A stretch of 64,000 bases of DNA from Candidatus Omnitrophota bacterium (GCA_043798375.1 JAZDOS010000029.1:62955-126954), one strand, 5' to 3'; shown: positions 1-8,621, numbered from the stretch's first letter. A program made the numbers and translations. The notes: generated by a model not told the origin, from the letters alone.

Positions 1-1
1 C

Positions 2-370
2 CTGTGCTATGTAACGCCGTCCGAACACCTGAGACTGCCGACATTGGAAGACGTCAGGGAAGGCGTCATCGCAAGCCTGATCGCCGCTCACGCAGGCGAT
101 ATCGCGAAGGGCGTAAAAGGCGCAATCGACTGGGATATCGCTATCTCGAAGGCGAGAAGGGCAAGGGACTGGGAGAAGCAGTTCAAGCTGGCTCTGGATA
201 AGGAGAAGCCGAGGATATATCGCAAGACGTCAAAGCCCGGCGCGAAAGACGTCTGCACCATGTGCGGCAAGTACTGTTCTATCAAGGTTTCAGAGAAGTG
301 CCTTAAGGGACTGTCCCCAACGCCCAGAGCTACTAATCGTAGGGGACTGTCCCATAAGGTCGCTCATTAA
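2..370 (+). CDS. thiC: Phosphomethylpyrimidine synthase, 3' part (runs in from window start)
   Basis: Frame from base 2 reads [13 protein letters not shown]...[11 protein letters not shown]...[11 protein letters not shown]...CTMCGKYCS, the ThiC C-terminal motifs including the CxxCxxxC Fe-S site. The last ~20 aa read through REP-like palindromes. Confidence 0.95.
   Translation: MCYVTPSEHLRLPTLEDVREGVIASLIAAHAGDIAKGVKGAIDWDIAISKARRARDWEKQFKLALDKEKPRIYRKTSKPGAKDVCTMCGKYCSIKVSEKCLKGLSPTPRATNRRGLSHKVAH
306..353. repeat. Two GGGACTGTCCC palindromes (REP-like) in the thiC tail
   Basis: agggactgtcccc at ~306-318 and ggggactgtccc at ~342-353. Confidence 0.7.
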
Positions 371-445
371 AATTTTTCGATACAGCAGTAAAATGTGCTG
401 TGTCGAGTGGTTCGCCACATCACATTCCGAAGAGCGATAAATTTC
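369..445. repeat. Internally deleted copy of the palindromic element at 61147-61343
   Basis: aaatttttcgatacagcagtaaaatgtgctgtgtcgagtggttcgc matches the reverse complement of ~61296-61340, and cgccacatcacatt matches the reverse complement of ~61169-61182. Confidence 0.85.
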
Positions 446-489
446 ACAGGAGGCTGTATTAAAATAGGGCGTCTATAAGAGACTCGAGC

Positions 490-1185
490 ATGGAAAAGAA
501 ATGGTATCAAAAAACTGCTATACAAGTAGCCATTATAAGCGGGATTTTTATATTGATAGCTGCGATCGTACCATTATTTCTAACAAGCAATAAGATTGAC
601 ACTAGGAAGGATGCTTCGACTTTCCCGGTAAAAAGTGATAATAATAAAATTGTATCTGCTAAACAGACAGGTAATGGTAACACCATCATTCAAACGAATG
701 ATAATTCTATGGTCAATCTAACTATGCAAAAAACGCAATATGCCAATGTTGAAGTATTAAGAAAGCTTAAACCACTTGAGACCGGTAAAGATGTTAGTGA
801 GCTACCAAGCGGCATTTATGGATTTTCAGTTGCAAGGGCTATTGTTTATGGTGCACGATATCCTGGTGACAAATACCTTACGTTATCTAATAAAAAATAT
901 GGTAGTTTTTTCGAAATTCAAAAAGTAAAGAATGAATGTTTCGTAATAGGCTATATTGGGGATGAAGCCTATGCTAATATTGGTAAAGTTAAGACAGCAA
1001 ATAGCGTAGAGTTAACTCTGTCTCCCAGTCCATGGGGCTCCATAAAAAATGTTGTTTCTATTCCTCTTAAGGCCATATTGAAAATAGAAGATAGAGTCAT
1101 CGATATAGATGAAGATAAAAATACGACAGTTCTGGACATGGTTACGACTACCATACTGACAAATGTTTATGAACATGAAAAATAG
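490..1185 (+). CDS. AT-rich hypothetical protein with N-terminal membrane anchor
   Basis: 231-aa ORF with hydrophobic IAIQVAIISGIFILIAAIVPLFL-type segment; markedly lower GC than core genes; no family recognised. Confidence 0.75.
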   Translation: MEKKWYQKTAIQVAIISGIFILIAAIVPLFLTSNKIDTRKDASTFPVKSDNNKIVSAKQTGNGNTIIQTNDNSMVNLTMQKTQYANVEVLRKLKPLETGKDVSELPSGIYGFSVARAIVYGARYPGDKYLTLSNKKYGSFFEIQKVKNECFVIGYIGDEAYANIGKVKTANSVELTLSPSPWGSIKNVVSIPLKAILKIEDRVIDIDEDKNTTVLDMVTTTILTNVYEHEK

Positions 1186-1342
1186 AATTGATTGAAAAAA
1201 TAGGGGGATTAGGATTAGGGGACGATTTCAAAATTAAGATCAGATGTGTCCCCGATACTCAGGGACGGCGTAATAGGTAGGGAACTTTACGGGTGACGCG
1301 ACCGAGGCTTTTCGCATATGGGCGAGCATGGGATGGGGGTGC

Positions 1343-1415
1343 CCGCCGTTTAGGATTGCATAACCGTAAGCCCGCGGCCCAGTTTTGCTAGTCCGGTTGT
1401 AGGCAATCCTGGCGG
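1343..1415. repeat. Long imperfect intergenic hairpin
   Basis: ccgcc..aggattgc.taaccg ... cggttg..gcaatcct ggcgg are complementary. Confidence 0.55.
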
Positions 1416-1441
1416 ACATTTATAGGATAGAGGGAAGAACA

Positions 1442-1636
1442 ATGGCGGATTGCAGTAATAAGAAGAAAAACTTGGCGATGTGCAATTGCACATATGCAGG
1501 ATGTCCGAGGCATGGCATATGCTGTGAATGTCTTGCCTATCACAGGAAGAATAGTGAGCTGCCGGCATGTTATTTCGATAAAGAGGCGGAAAGAACCTAT
1601 GACCGCTCTTTTAATAATTTCATGAGAAATAGATAG
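1442..1636 (+). CDS. Small Cys-rich protein (DUF6485-like)
   Basis: [20 protein letters not shown]...ELPACYF...E.TYDRS pattern. Confidence 0.75.
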   Translation: MADCSNKKKNLAMCNCTYAGCPRHGICCECLAYHRKNSELPACYFDKEAERTYDRSFNNFMRNR

Positions 1637-1648
1637 GGGTATTGAACA

Positions 1649-1978
1649 ATGCTATTAATTATTAAAAAGAAGGTGGACGAAAATATTCTCAAGAAAGTGG
1701 CTGAGGATCTGAACGGCTACGTGAAGGTTGTGGTGGATGTCCGCCGGAAGATTTTATCTGCCGGCGGAACAATGCATGTCGATGGAGAAAGACTGTTGCT
1801 GGAAGACGGCGGTAAGCAATCCGATTTGTGGGGTGGAGGTATAGATCTTGAGACCAATTCAATTGATTTTGACTCATTGATTAATTTAAGGCCAAGACAA
1901 GCCAATACCAGCCGCGAGGTTTTAAATCAGGATATACGCAAGCAGATGGAAACGATAATTCATAGCTTACTGAGGTAG
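1649..1978 (+). CDS. DUF5674-like protein
   Basis: KVVVDV...AGGTMHVDGE.LLLEDG..QSDLWGG...FDSLINLRPRQ.N pattern. Confidence 0.75.
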   Translation: MLLIIKKKVDENILKKVAEDLNGYVKVVVDVRRKILSAGGTMHVDGERLLLEDGGKQSDLWGGGIDLETNSIDFDSLINLRPRQANTSREVLNQDIRKQMETIIHSLLR

Positions 1979-1980
1979 CC

Positions 1981-2265
1981 ATGAACGCACAGGAATTGAC
2001 TTTAAACATTGCCGTTAATTTGGGACGTATCGGAAGGTGGGCTTCCGAGGGCAGGATTAATCGATTGAATCAATTTTTGAAGGAGACCGATGAATATATT
2101 CATCAACTTGAGCAAGCTCCGAAATCGGCACGATTTCAATCAACCTTTGAGATATTTAAAAAAACTTTCGATGAACTAAAAAGTGATATGCAGTTAGATT
2201 CGGCATGGGCGGAAACAATGTTTACATGGGCTAATATATTGACACATCGCGCAAGATTAGCTTAA
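1981..2265 (+). CDS. Hypothetical helical protein coupled to the DUF5674-like gene
   Basis: 94-aa ORF starting 2 nt after the previous stop. Confidence 0.7.
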   Translation: MNAQELTLNIAVNLGRIGRWASEGRINRLNQFLKETDEYIHQLEQAPKSARFQSTFEIFKKTFDELKSDMQLDSAWAETMFTWANILTHRARLA

Positions 2266-2273
2266 CGGAAGAA

Positions 2274-2437
2274 ATGAAAACATACACCAGCTACCTCTGG
2301 TTCAACACGAAGAACAGGCAGGAGTTTATCAATATAACGCCTCAGGTGGAGGAAGCTGTCAAGAATAGCAAGGTAAAAGAGGGGTTGTGCCTCGTTAACG
2401 CCATGCACATAACGAGCTCCTGCTTTATCAACGACAA
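2274..2437 (+). pseudogene. 5' fragment of a YjbQ (UPF0047) gene
   Basis: MKTYTSYLWFNTKNRQEFINIT...[19 protein letters not shown] parallels 3279-3441; homology stops after tttatcaacgacaa and the frame runs into repeats. Confidence 0.85.
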
Positions 2438-2627
2438 AAACTTGGAAACTTGGAAACTTGGGGACGGTTCTCGTGGTAATCCCGGACCTGTCCCCGGAGA
2501 GCGGGAAATGGCCGGTGGGGTTAAGACGTAAAATTTTTTCTGGTCCCTGTCTACTGGAAACTAAACATGACAGCGATTAAGAAAATAGGGGACATGTCAT
2601 GCGGTCATTGGAGTTACAAAATACCTG

Positions 2628-2669
2628 TTGACAAGTGGATACTATTAGTGTATACTTTTAGTAGATAGT
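2628..2669 (+). promoter_or_regulatory. sigma70 promoter of the TA operon with three operator-like repeats
   Basis: TTGACA(2628)-17-TATACT(2651); agtggatact, agtgtatact and agtagatagt at 2634, 2647 and 2660 (13-bp period). Confidence 0.8.
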
Positions 2670-2684
2670 AACAGGAGGTGGCAT

Positions 2685-2936
2685 ATGAGAGCACAGCATA
2701 TAAATATCACGATCCCGGCCAATTTGAAGATAAGGATCGATGAGGAATCAAGGCGGGAGCATATCGGGAGAAGCACTATTATCCAGAAAGCCGTCAGTCT
2801 ATATCTGGAACTTATAAAAAAGAAGAGAATCAGGGCGCTTCTTGCGGAAGGCTATAATGAAATGGCGGGGGAATCGCTTAAAATTACGCATGAATTTGAG
2901 TTGTTAGACGATGAGGCGATGAAGTATGCCGATTAA
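2685..2936 (+). CDS. Ribbon-helix-helix antitoxin (MazE/NdoAI-like)
   Basis: INITIP...RSTIIQKAV RHH-like N-terminus; LAEGYNEMA.ESL tail like EndoAI; overlaps the toxin start; AGGAGG SD. Confidence 0.85.
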   Translation: MRAQHINITIPANLKIRIDEESRREHIGRSTIIQKAVSLYLELIKKKRIRALLAEGYNEMAGESLKITHEFELLDDEAMKYAD

Positions 2937-3270
2937 ACGCGGCGATATCTTCTATGTGGATTTAAATCCCGCAAAAGGTTCTGAGCAGGCAGGCAGGAGG
3001 CCTGTGCTTATCATTCAAAACGATATCGGTAATGCTCATGCCCCTACCGTTATTATCGCGCCGCTCACGACTAAGAAACTATCCAAAGAATATCCGACCA
3101 ACGTACACGTCAAGAAAGGTGTCGCCGGATTAAAAGAAGATTCAGCCGTGTTATTGTCGCAGGTTAGGACAATCGATAAAACAAGGTTGGGGAAAAGAGT
3201 GGGCGGCTTTCCGGCAGACATTATGCTTAAGGTTGATGAGGCGATCAAAATAAGCTTGGGGCTTGTCTAA
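2926..3270 (+). CDS. mazF: PemK/MazF family mRNA interferase toxin
   Basis: [30 protein letters not shown]...[12 protein letters not shown]. Confidence 0.95.
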   Translation: MPIKRGDIFYVDLNPAKGSEQAGRRPVLIIQNDIGNAHAPTVIIAPLTTKKLSKEYPTNVHVKKGVAGLKEDSAVLLSQVRTIDKTRLGKRVGGFPADIMLKVDEAIKISLGLV

Positions 3271-3278
3271 AAAAGAGA

Positions 3279-3695
3279 ATGAAAACATATACCCAATATC
3301 TCTGGCTCAACACGAAGAAACGGCATGAATTTGTGAATATAACCTCCGATGTCGAGGCCGCTGTCGGGAAGAGCGGCGTCAAGGAAGGCCTGTGCCTCGT
3401 CAACGCAATGCATATCACAGCCAGCGTATTTATCAACGACAATGAATCGGGGCTGCATCAGGATTTCAGCGAATGGCTGGAAAGGATAGCCCCTTACGGT
3501 AAAGACAAGTATAAACATAATTTGACCGGCGAGGATAACGCCGATGCGCACTTGAAGCGGACGATAATGGGGCGCGGGGTGGTGGTTGCGATTACGGGCG
3601 GTAAGCTCGATTTCGGGCCATGGGAAGCGATCTTCTACGGTGAGTTCGACGGGCAACGCAGGAAGCGCGTGCTTGTTAAAATAATCGGGGAGTGA
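3279..3695 (+). CDS. yjbQ: YjbQ/UPF0047 family protein
   Basis: [15 protein letters not shown]...EDNADAHLK...[17 protein letters not shown]. Confidence 0.9.
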   Translation: MKTYTQYLWLNTKKRHEFVNITSDVEAAVGKSGVKEGLCLVNAMHITASVFINDNESGLHQDFSEWLERIAPYGKDKYKHNLTGEDNADAHLKRTIMGRGVVVAITGGKLDFGPWEAIFYGEFDGQRRKRVLVKIIGE

Positions 3696-3714
3696 CAGAG
3701 GAGGAAATGAAACC

Positions 3715-3879
3715 ATGAAGTATCTAAAAGGATCGAGCGTCAGGGCGGTTTATAAGAAATTGTTGATTGCGGCGATTGTTATATACATCATAGGTTCGTG
3801 TATGATACAGGCGGACCTGTGTTACAGGCTTGGCATGATAGAACACAAATTGTGCCATACCTCTTTCGATCGTAGATGA
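3715..3879 (+). CDS. Small membrane protein, 54 aa (not in ORF track)
   Basis: GAGGAGG SD; MKYLKGSSVRAVYKKLLIAAIVIYIIGSCMIQADLCYRLGMIEHKLCHTSFDRR. Confidence 0.55.
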   Translation: MKYLKGSSVRAVYKKLLIAAIVIYIIGSCMIQADLCYRLGMIEHKLCHTSFDRR

Positions 3880-3892
3880 AGGCGATAATCAT

Positions 3893-4024
3893 ATGGCTGA
3901 TGTAAAAGTACAGAAACTGACGAAGGAAGAGCTCGGGAAGGGCGACTTTGTCACTTTCCCCGAAGGGCTGGCATGCACGTGGGATATAAAAATTCCCGTA
4001 AAGAAACATTACAATTTTAAATAA
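3893..4024 (+). pseudogene. Cupin (DUF861/Cupin_3) gene with in-frame internal deletion
   Basis: MADVKVQKLTKEEL joined directly to GKGDFVTFPEGLACTWDIKIPVKKHYNFK; the family's central W..WE..F.W.Y...ETCY.LEG block is absent. Confidence 0.7.
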
Positions 4025-4923
4025 TGAGTATATTGGTAGTCGGTTCGGTTGCGATAGATTCGATCAAGACGCCGTTCGGCAGGAGAAATGAGGCGCTCGG
4101 CGGATCCGCGACGTATTTTTCCATGGCGGCGTCTTTCTTCAACAAGGTCAATGTCGTCGCGACAGTGGGTGAGGATTTTCCCGGGAAATATATCACTCTA
4201 TTCAAAAGTAAAAAGATCGGAGTCGACGGGCTGCATGTCGCCCGCGGCAAGACATTCAGGTGGAAGGGCTGGTATGATTATGACCTCAATACGGCGCATA
4301 CGGTCTATACGCACCTTAACGTATTCAAAGATTTCGCCCCGGAAGTACCGCCGGCCCTTCGCAGGTCTCGGTGCGTATTTTTGGCGAATATCGATCCGGA
4401 GCTGCAGTATAACGTATTGAAACAGGTCGACCGCCCTGCGATCGTCGCGGCAGACTCGATGAACTACTGGTTGACACACAAGAAAAAGGCATTCGAACGG
4501 CTTCTCGGCAAGGTCGACGTCCTGCTCTTAAACGACGCTGAGGCGAGGCAGTTCAGCGGCGAGTCGAATCTGGTGAATGCCGCAAAATTCATCATTTCAT
4601 CCGGCCCAAAGGCGGTAATTATAAAAAAGGGCGAGCATGGCGTAATATATTTTTCAAAAAATACCCATTTTATTGCACCGGCGTATCTTCTCGAATCGAT
4701 ATATGATCCTACGGGCGCGGGAGATACGTTCGCCGGCGGCTTGATGGGTTATTTAAGCAGGGCCCCGCGTATCAATGAAGCGAGTATACGAAAGGGCATA
4801 ATATACGGCAGTATCCTGGCATCGTTCGCAGTGGAAGACTTCAGCGTCAACAGGCTTTTGGGCATATCGATGAAAGATATAAATAAAAGATATGAACATT
4901 ACAGGGAGGTAACGAAATTTTGA
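4024..4923 (+). CDS. PfkB family carbohydrate/nucleoside kinase
   Basis: VVGSVAID, LGGSATY, DPTGAGDTFAGG signature. Confidence 0.92.
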   Translation: MSILVVGSVAIDSIKTPFGRRNEALGGSATYFSMAASFFNKVNVVATVGEDFPGKYITLFKSKKIGVDGLHVARGKTFRWKGWYDYDLNTAHTVYTHLNVFKDFAPEVPPALRRSRCVFLANIDPELQYNVLKQVDRPAIVAADSMNYWLTHKKKAFERLLGKVDVLLLNDAEARQFSGESNLVNAAKFIISSGPKAVIIKKGEHGVIYFSKNTHFIAPAYLLESIYDPTGAGDTFAGGLMGYLSRAPRINEASIRKGIIYGSILASFAVEDFSVNRLLGISMKDINKRYEHYREVTKF

Positions 4924-5492
4924 TGCCGGGCGAGCGTAGTTCAATGGTAGAATACCAGCTTCCCAAGCTGGCTACGGGGGTTCGATTCCCCTCGCTCGCT
5001 CCAGTTCTGTTGCTACTTATGCCGGTATTTATGACTGCGGGCTGCGCGACGGCGCCGGCCGCTACTCCTCCGATAGGGTCGCCCATCGCAACGCATGGAG
5101 CCGTAATTTATCAAAAAGAATATTTTACCTGGCCTGTTAAAGGCTGCATCCTGGCGCCATACGGCTCGAAAGTAGATAACATTATCAATAAAGGCGTAGA
5201 TATAAGGGTACCTGAAGGGTCAAGCGTCAAGGCGGCGAGGTCCGGCAGGGTTGTTTATTGCGATTCTTATTTGAAAGGGTTCGGCAAAACGATTATAATA
5301 GACCACGGCGAAGGATTGCAAACCGTGTATTCATACAACTCGGACATCCTGGTAAGTGTAGGCGCAAACGTGTCTAAGTATGAGACGATAGCAAAGGCGG
5401 GGAGGACCGGCAGGGCAAAAGAGTCGAGCCTGCATTTTGAGGTTCGTAAAAACGGCGAGCCGCAGAATCCGCTGTATTATTTACCCCGTTAG
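4923..5492 (+). CDS. M23 family peptidase/EnvC-NlpD-like lipoprotein; start uncertain, overlaps the tRNA
   Basis: Lipobox VLLLLMPVFMTAG-C; WPVKG, NKGVDI, GFGKTIIIDH, LHFEVRK. Zn ligands are partly missing (NKGVD, YSYN), so possibly an NlpD-like activator. Confidence 0.8.
   Translation: MPGERSSMVEYQLPKLATGVRFPSLAPVLLLLMPVFMTAGCATAPAATPPIGSPIATHGAVIYQKEYFTWPVKGCILAPYGSKVDNIINKGVDIRVPEGSSVKAARSGRVVYCDSYLKGFGKTIIIDHGEGLQTVYSYNSDILVSVGANVSKYETIAKAGRTGRAKESSLHFEVRKNGEPQNPLYYLPR
4930..5003 (+). tRNA. tRNA-Gly (anticodon CCC), CCA encoded
   Basis: Cloverleaf: gcgagcg/cgctcgc acceptor stem, gttc/gaat D stem, ccagc-ttCCCaa-gctgg anticodon arm, ggggg-TTCGATT-cccct T arm, T-CCA end. Confidence 0.95.
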
Positions 5493-5582
5493 AAAGGAAC
5501 TTTGTAACGGGACGGGGATGATAAAAATAAATAACATTTATTTAGAAAGGGTGGGCTTAAAGCCCCATCCTTTCTAACGGGG
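5484..5582. mobile_element. CCCCGTTAG...CTAACGGGG miniature inverted-repeat element, TTTA duplication
   Basis: TIR ccccgttagaaagg / cctttctaacgggg; ttta at 5480-5483 and 5583-5586. Confidence 0.8.
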
Positions 5583-5603
5583 TTTACCGCGTTGAGGGAA
5601 ATT

Positions 5604-7238
5604 ATGTTCAGCGAACCGGTAGTGGGAGAAAAGTTTTTCGGAAGAGAAGAGGTGCTCGAGCTTTTAAATAAGCGCGTATCGGCCCTTAAAGAAGGCTACA
5701 GGCAGAACGTCGCCCTGACAGGCCCGAGCCTTGCCGGAAAATCCTCGATAATACTTCACTTCCTGCGCACAGTCAAGGAAGAGGGGTTCATACCTATATA
5801 TGTCGAGGTGGTTAAGGAAGATTTCAGGTCGTTTGCCGATAAGTTCATCGCAACCCTTTTATACAATGCGCTCCACAGGCTGGGCGAGGAATCGGATGTC
5901 GACATGGAGATGCTTATCGACAAGGCCGGTAAGGCGCTTCCCAGGACCGCCCATGCGATAAAGCAGGTAAACACGTCGATGGACCGCGGCGAATTCGACG
6001 AGGCATACATCGGGCTTCTCGCCCTGACGTCGGTCCTGAAAAATGAAGCCGGTTACTCATGCGTGGTGATCCTGGACGAATTCGACAACCTAGAGGCGCT
6101 CGGCATAAAGAACCCGTTCCTGGGCTTCGGCAAAGTGATAATGGTCCAGAAGGATACGATGTATATCGTTTCCAGCTCCAGGAACGAGGCGATAAAGAAG
6201 ATAATATCGGAAAAGCTCTCGCTCCTGTTCGGCAATTTCGAGGTGGTAAAGGTCCGGAACTTCGATCTTGTCACATCGCGCCAATTTCTGGATATACGAT
6301 TTGCCGGCTTCGAGATCAACGATTCCCTGAAGAAATTCTTCATAGCTTTTACCGACGGCAATCCTTTCTACCTCGACAGATTATCGGCCCGGGCCAGGGA
6401 GTTCTCCGCCGAAAAATTGTCGGGTGTCATTGAACCGGATTCTGTCGCGGATGCCATGCTGGAGCTAGTCTATAACGCGAACGGCCTTATCCATCAATAT
6501 CTGTTTAATTATCTATTAAGCCTGCTGGACACAAAAACAAGGGACAGCCACATGTCCATTCTCATATCTATAGCTGACGGCCGGAACAAGCGCACCGATA
6601 TAGCGCGCGCGATAAAGACTAAACAGGCTGAGGTTGCCAAGGGCCTTTTACGCCTTTCGGAGCTGGGGCTCGTATCGAAGAACGGCGTATTCTACGAGAT
6701 CGACGATGTGATGCTGGCGTTCTGGCTTAAACATGTCTACGAGCGAAGAAGGCAGCTTCTTGTTGACGGGACATTCGACAGATTGGCCTTATTCTCCCGG
6801 GAGATAAGGTCTTACATCTCGGCGTTCGAGGAAGAGTCCCGCGAAAAGACTCCCTCGGCAAGGCTCGCCGAGCTTTTCAACGCGTTCTCCAATGAACTCG
6901 TTTCCATCGAGTCAAAGAATATCAGGCTTCCTCACTTCACAAAGGTAGAGGTGAAGAATACGGCCGATTCGAAGGAGATCCTGGCGGCGTCATTCCGCGG
7001 CAATTTTTGGATAGTTCAGGCTTTTGAATCCTACGCGGCCGAAAGCGACGTCATAGGTTATATTAAGAATACAAAGGGGATAGTCGAAAAAATATCCAAT
7101 AAAATCATAGTGCCGTTAAGGGGCATCGATGAAAACGCGAAACTGCTCGCCAAGGAACTCAAGATATCGATCTGGGACGCCTCTACGGTAAACAGGCTGT
7201 TCGGTTACTATAACAAGAAAAGGATGATCACCCTTTAG
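5604..7238 (+). CDS. Archaeal-type AAA+ ATPase with wHTH and C-terminal domain
   Basis: FFGREE, Walker A GPSLAGKS, Walker B VVILDEFD, TDGNPFYL, and a wHTH-like segment. Confidence 0.8.
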   Translation: MFSEPVVGEKFFGREEVLELLNKRVSALKEGYRQNVALTGPSLAGKSSIILHFLRTVKEEGFIPIYVEVVKEDFRSFADKFIATLLYNALHRLGEESDVDMEMLIDKAGKALPRTAHAIKQVNTSMDRGEFDEAYIGLLALTSVLKNEAGYSCVVILDEFDNLEALGIKNPFLGFGKVIMVQKDTMYIVSSSRNEAIKKIISEKLSLLFGNFEVVKVRNFDLVTSRQFLDIRFAGFEINDSLKKFFIAFTDGNPFYLDRLSARAREFSAEKLSGVIEPDSVADAMLELVYNANGLIHQYLFNYLLSLLDTKTRDSHMSILISIADGRNKRTDIARAIKTKQAEVAKGLLRLSELGLVSKNGVFYEIDDVMLAFWLKHVYERRRQLLVDGTFDRLALFSREIRSYISAFEEESREKTPSARLAELFNAFSNELVSIESKNIRLPHFTKVEVKNTADSKEILAASFRGNFWIVQAFESYAAESDVIGYIKNTKGIVEKISNKIIVPLRGIDENAKLLAKELKISIWDASTVNRLFGYYNKKRMITL

Positions 7239-7721
7239 ATGAAGATCCTGGTCCTGTCAGATACCCATATCCCCAGGTCCTCGCACGACCTCCCTATGGA
7301 GGTCTACGACGCGATCGAGGGCGTCGACATGATTTTACATGCCGGCGATTTTGTGGAAAAAGATGTGCTCGATAAACTGAAAGCCTTAAGGCCCACAACC
7401 GCTGTTTACGGAAATATGGACGCAAACACGCTCCACAACGTCCTCAACCAGAAAGAGGTCGTCGAAGTCGGCAACTTCAAGATCGGCCTCATACACGGCT
7501 ATGGCGCCTCGGCGAACATTATCGATACCGTAAAATCCGAGTTTAAAGACGTGGATGCGATAATCTTCGGCCATTCGCACGCGCCGGTCAACATTAAGAA
7601 AGACGGCATCCTGTTTTTTAACCCGGGCAGCCCGACCGATAAGGTATTCGCCAATGCCAATTCTTACGGTATTTTAGAGGTTACGGACAAAAAGATAGAA
7701 GGGCATATAATAACTATATGA
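7239..7721 (+). CDS. YfcE/MJ0936 family metallophosphoesterase
   Basis: LSDTH, HAGD, GNMD, IHG, FGHSH, NPGS motifs. Confidence 0.92.
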   Translation: MKILVLSDTHIPRSSHDLPMEVYDAIEGVDMILHAGDFVEKDVLDKLKALRPTTAVYGNMDANTLHNVLNQKEVVEVGNFKIGLIHGYGASANIIDTVKSEFKDVDAIIFGHSHAPVNIKKDGILFFNPGSPTDKVFANANSYGILEVTDKKIEGHIITI

Positions 7722-8542
7722 GAGATATACCGGTAATCAAAGTCGAGGGCCTTACGCTCCCTGAAGCATGGGAGAAGGCGGTCCTTGCCGTCTGGAAGGA
7801 CGGACTGGACATAAAAACGGAATACGACAAGAAAGGCGATCCGTTAAGTAAGGATTGCACGATGATCATGGTCGTTAACGAGCCGATGAAAGAGCCGCGC
7901 ATACACAGGGCTTTCCCCGGCGGGCTGGAGGACCTTGAGGTATACCGCCAGGAGGTAGTGCTCGGCATACACGACCATTGGATAAAGCCTGAAGAAGGAA
8001 AATGGACTTATACATATCACCAGAGAATGACAAATTACGATATGGAAGGTGAGTCGATAGACCAGATCGATTATATCATTAAAAAACTTGCCCAAACACC
8101 GTATTCCCGCCGCGCTCAGGGTATAACCTGGAATCCGAAGTCGGACCCTGCTACAGACGACCCTCCGTGCCTGCAGAGGATCTGGGCCAGGCTCGTAAGG
8201 CTGGGTGAAGACAAATACACGCTCGACATAAATACGCACTGGCGTTCGCGCGACGCTTACAAAGCGAGTTTTATGAACATATTCGCGCTTACAGACCTGC
8301 AGAGGGTCATGGCGGAAAAAATTTCAAAGCTTGGCGGCTTCGAGGTTGCGGTAGGCCGTTACGTCGATATCAGCGATAGCTTCCATATATACGGCAGCTA
8401 TCACGAGGAGTTCAAAAATTTCCTGAAGATGGTAAAGGACAGGTCATTCGAGGAGAGGACATGGCCTACGGATTTTGCCAGGCCGTTCTTCGAAGACGCG
8501 ATATTAAAGATACAAAATGAACGAGGCAATAATGTCAAATGA
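7718..8542 (+). CDS. thyA: Thymidylate synthase (ThyA fold, archaeal-like)
   Basis: YTYHQR, SRRAQ..TW, catalytic PPCL, WRSRD, FMN, SFHIY. Confidence 0.8.
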   Translation: MRDIPVIKVEGLTLPEAWEKAVLAVWKDGLDIKTEYDKKGDPLSKDCTMIMVVNEPMKEPRIHRAFPGGLEDLEVYRQEVVLGIHDHWIKPEEGKWTYTYHQRMTNYDMEGESIDQIDYIIKKLAQTPYSRRAQGITWNPKSDPATDDPPCLQRIWARLVRLGEDKYTLDINTHWRSRDAYKASFMNIFALTDLQRVMAEKISKLGGFEVAVGRYVDISDSFHIYGSYHEEFKNFLKMVKDRSFEERTWPTDFARPFFEDAILKIQNERGNNVK

Positions 8543-8606
8543 CAAAATCCAAATGACAAATAAAATTTATGATTCGTTTGACATTTGAGCTTTGACATTT
8601 GTCATT
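8531..8606. repeat. Heptamer-periodic inverted repeat (aaatgac...gtcattt type)
   Basis: aatgtca aatgaca aaatcca aatgaca ... ttgacat ttgagct ttgacat ttgtcat. Confidence 0.8.
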
Positions 8607-8621
8607 GACCAGGAGGTATAC

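Noticed and set aside
1343-1415. Known ncRNA or riboswitch (e.g. SRP, TPP)
   Set aside because: No diagnostic motifs recognised; kept only as an unexplained hairpin.
490-3270. Integron cassette array
   Set aside because: No integrase and no repeated attC sites with RYYYAAC/GTTRRRY ends were found between the genes.
5604-7238. AAA+ ATPase as an anti-phage defence system
   Set aside because: It has host-like composition, sits in a housekeeping operon, and no intact nuclease motif is discernible; not supportable without an HMM search.
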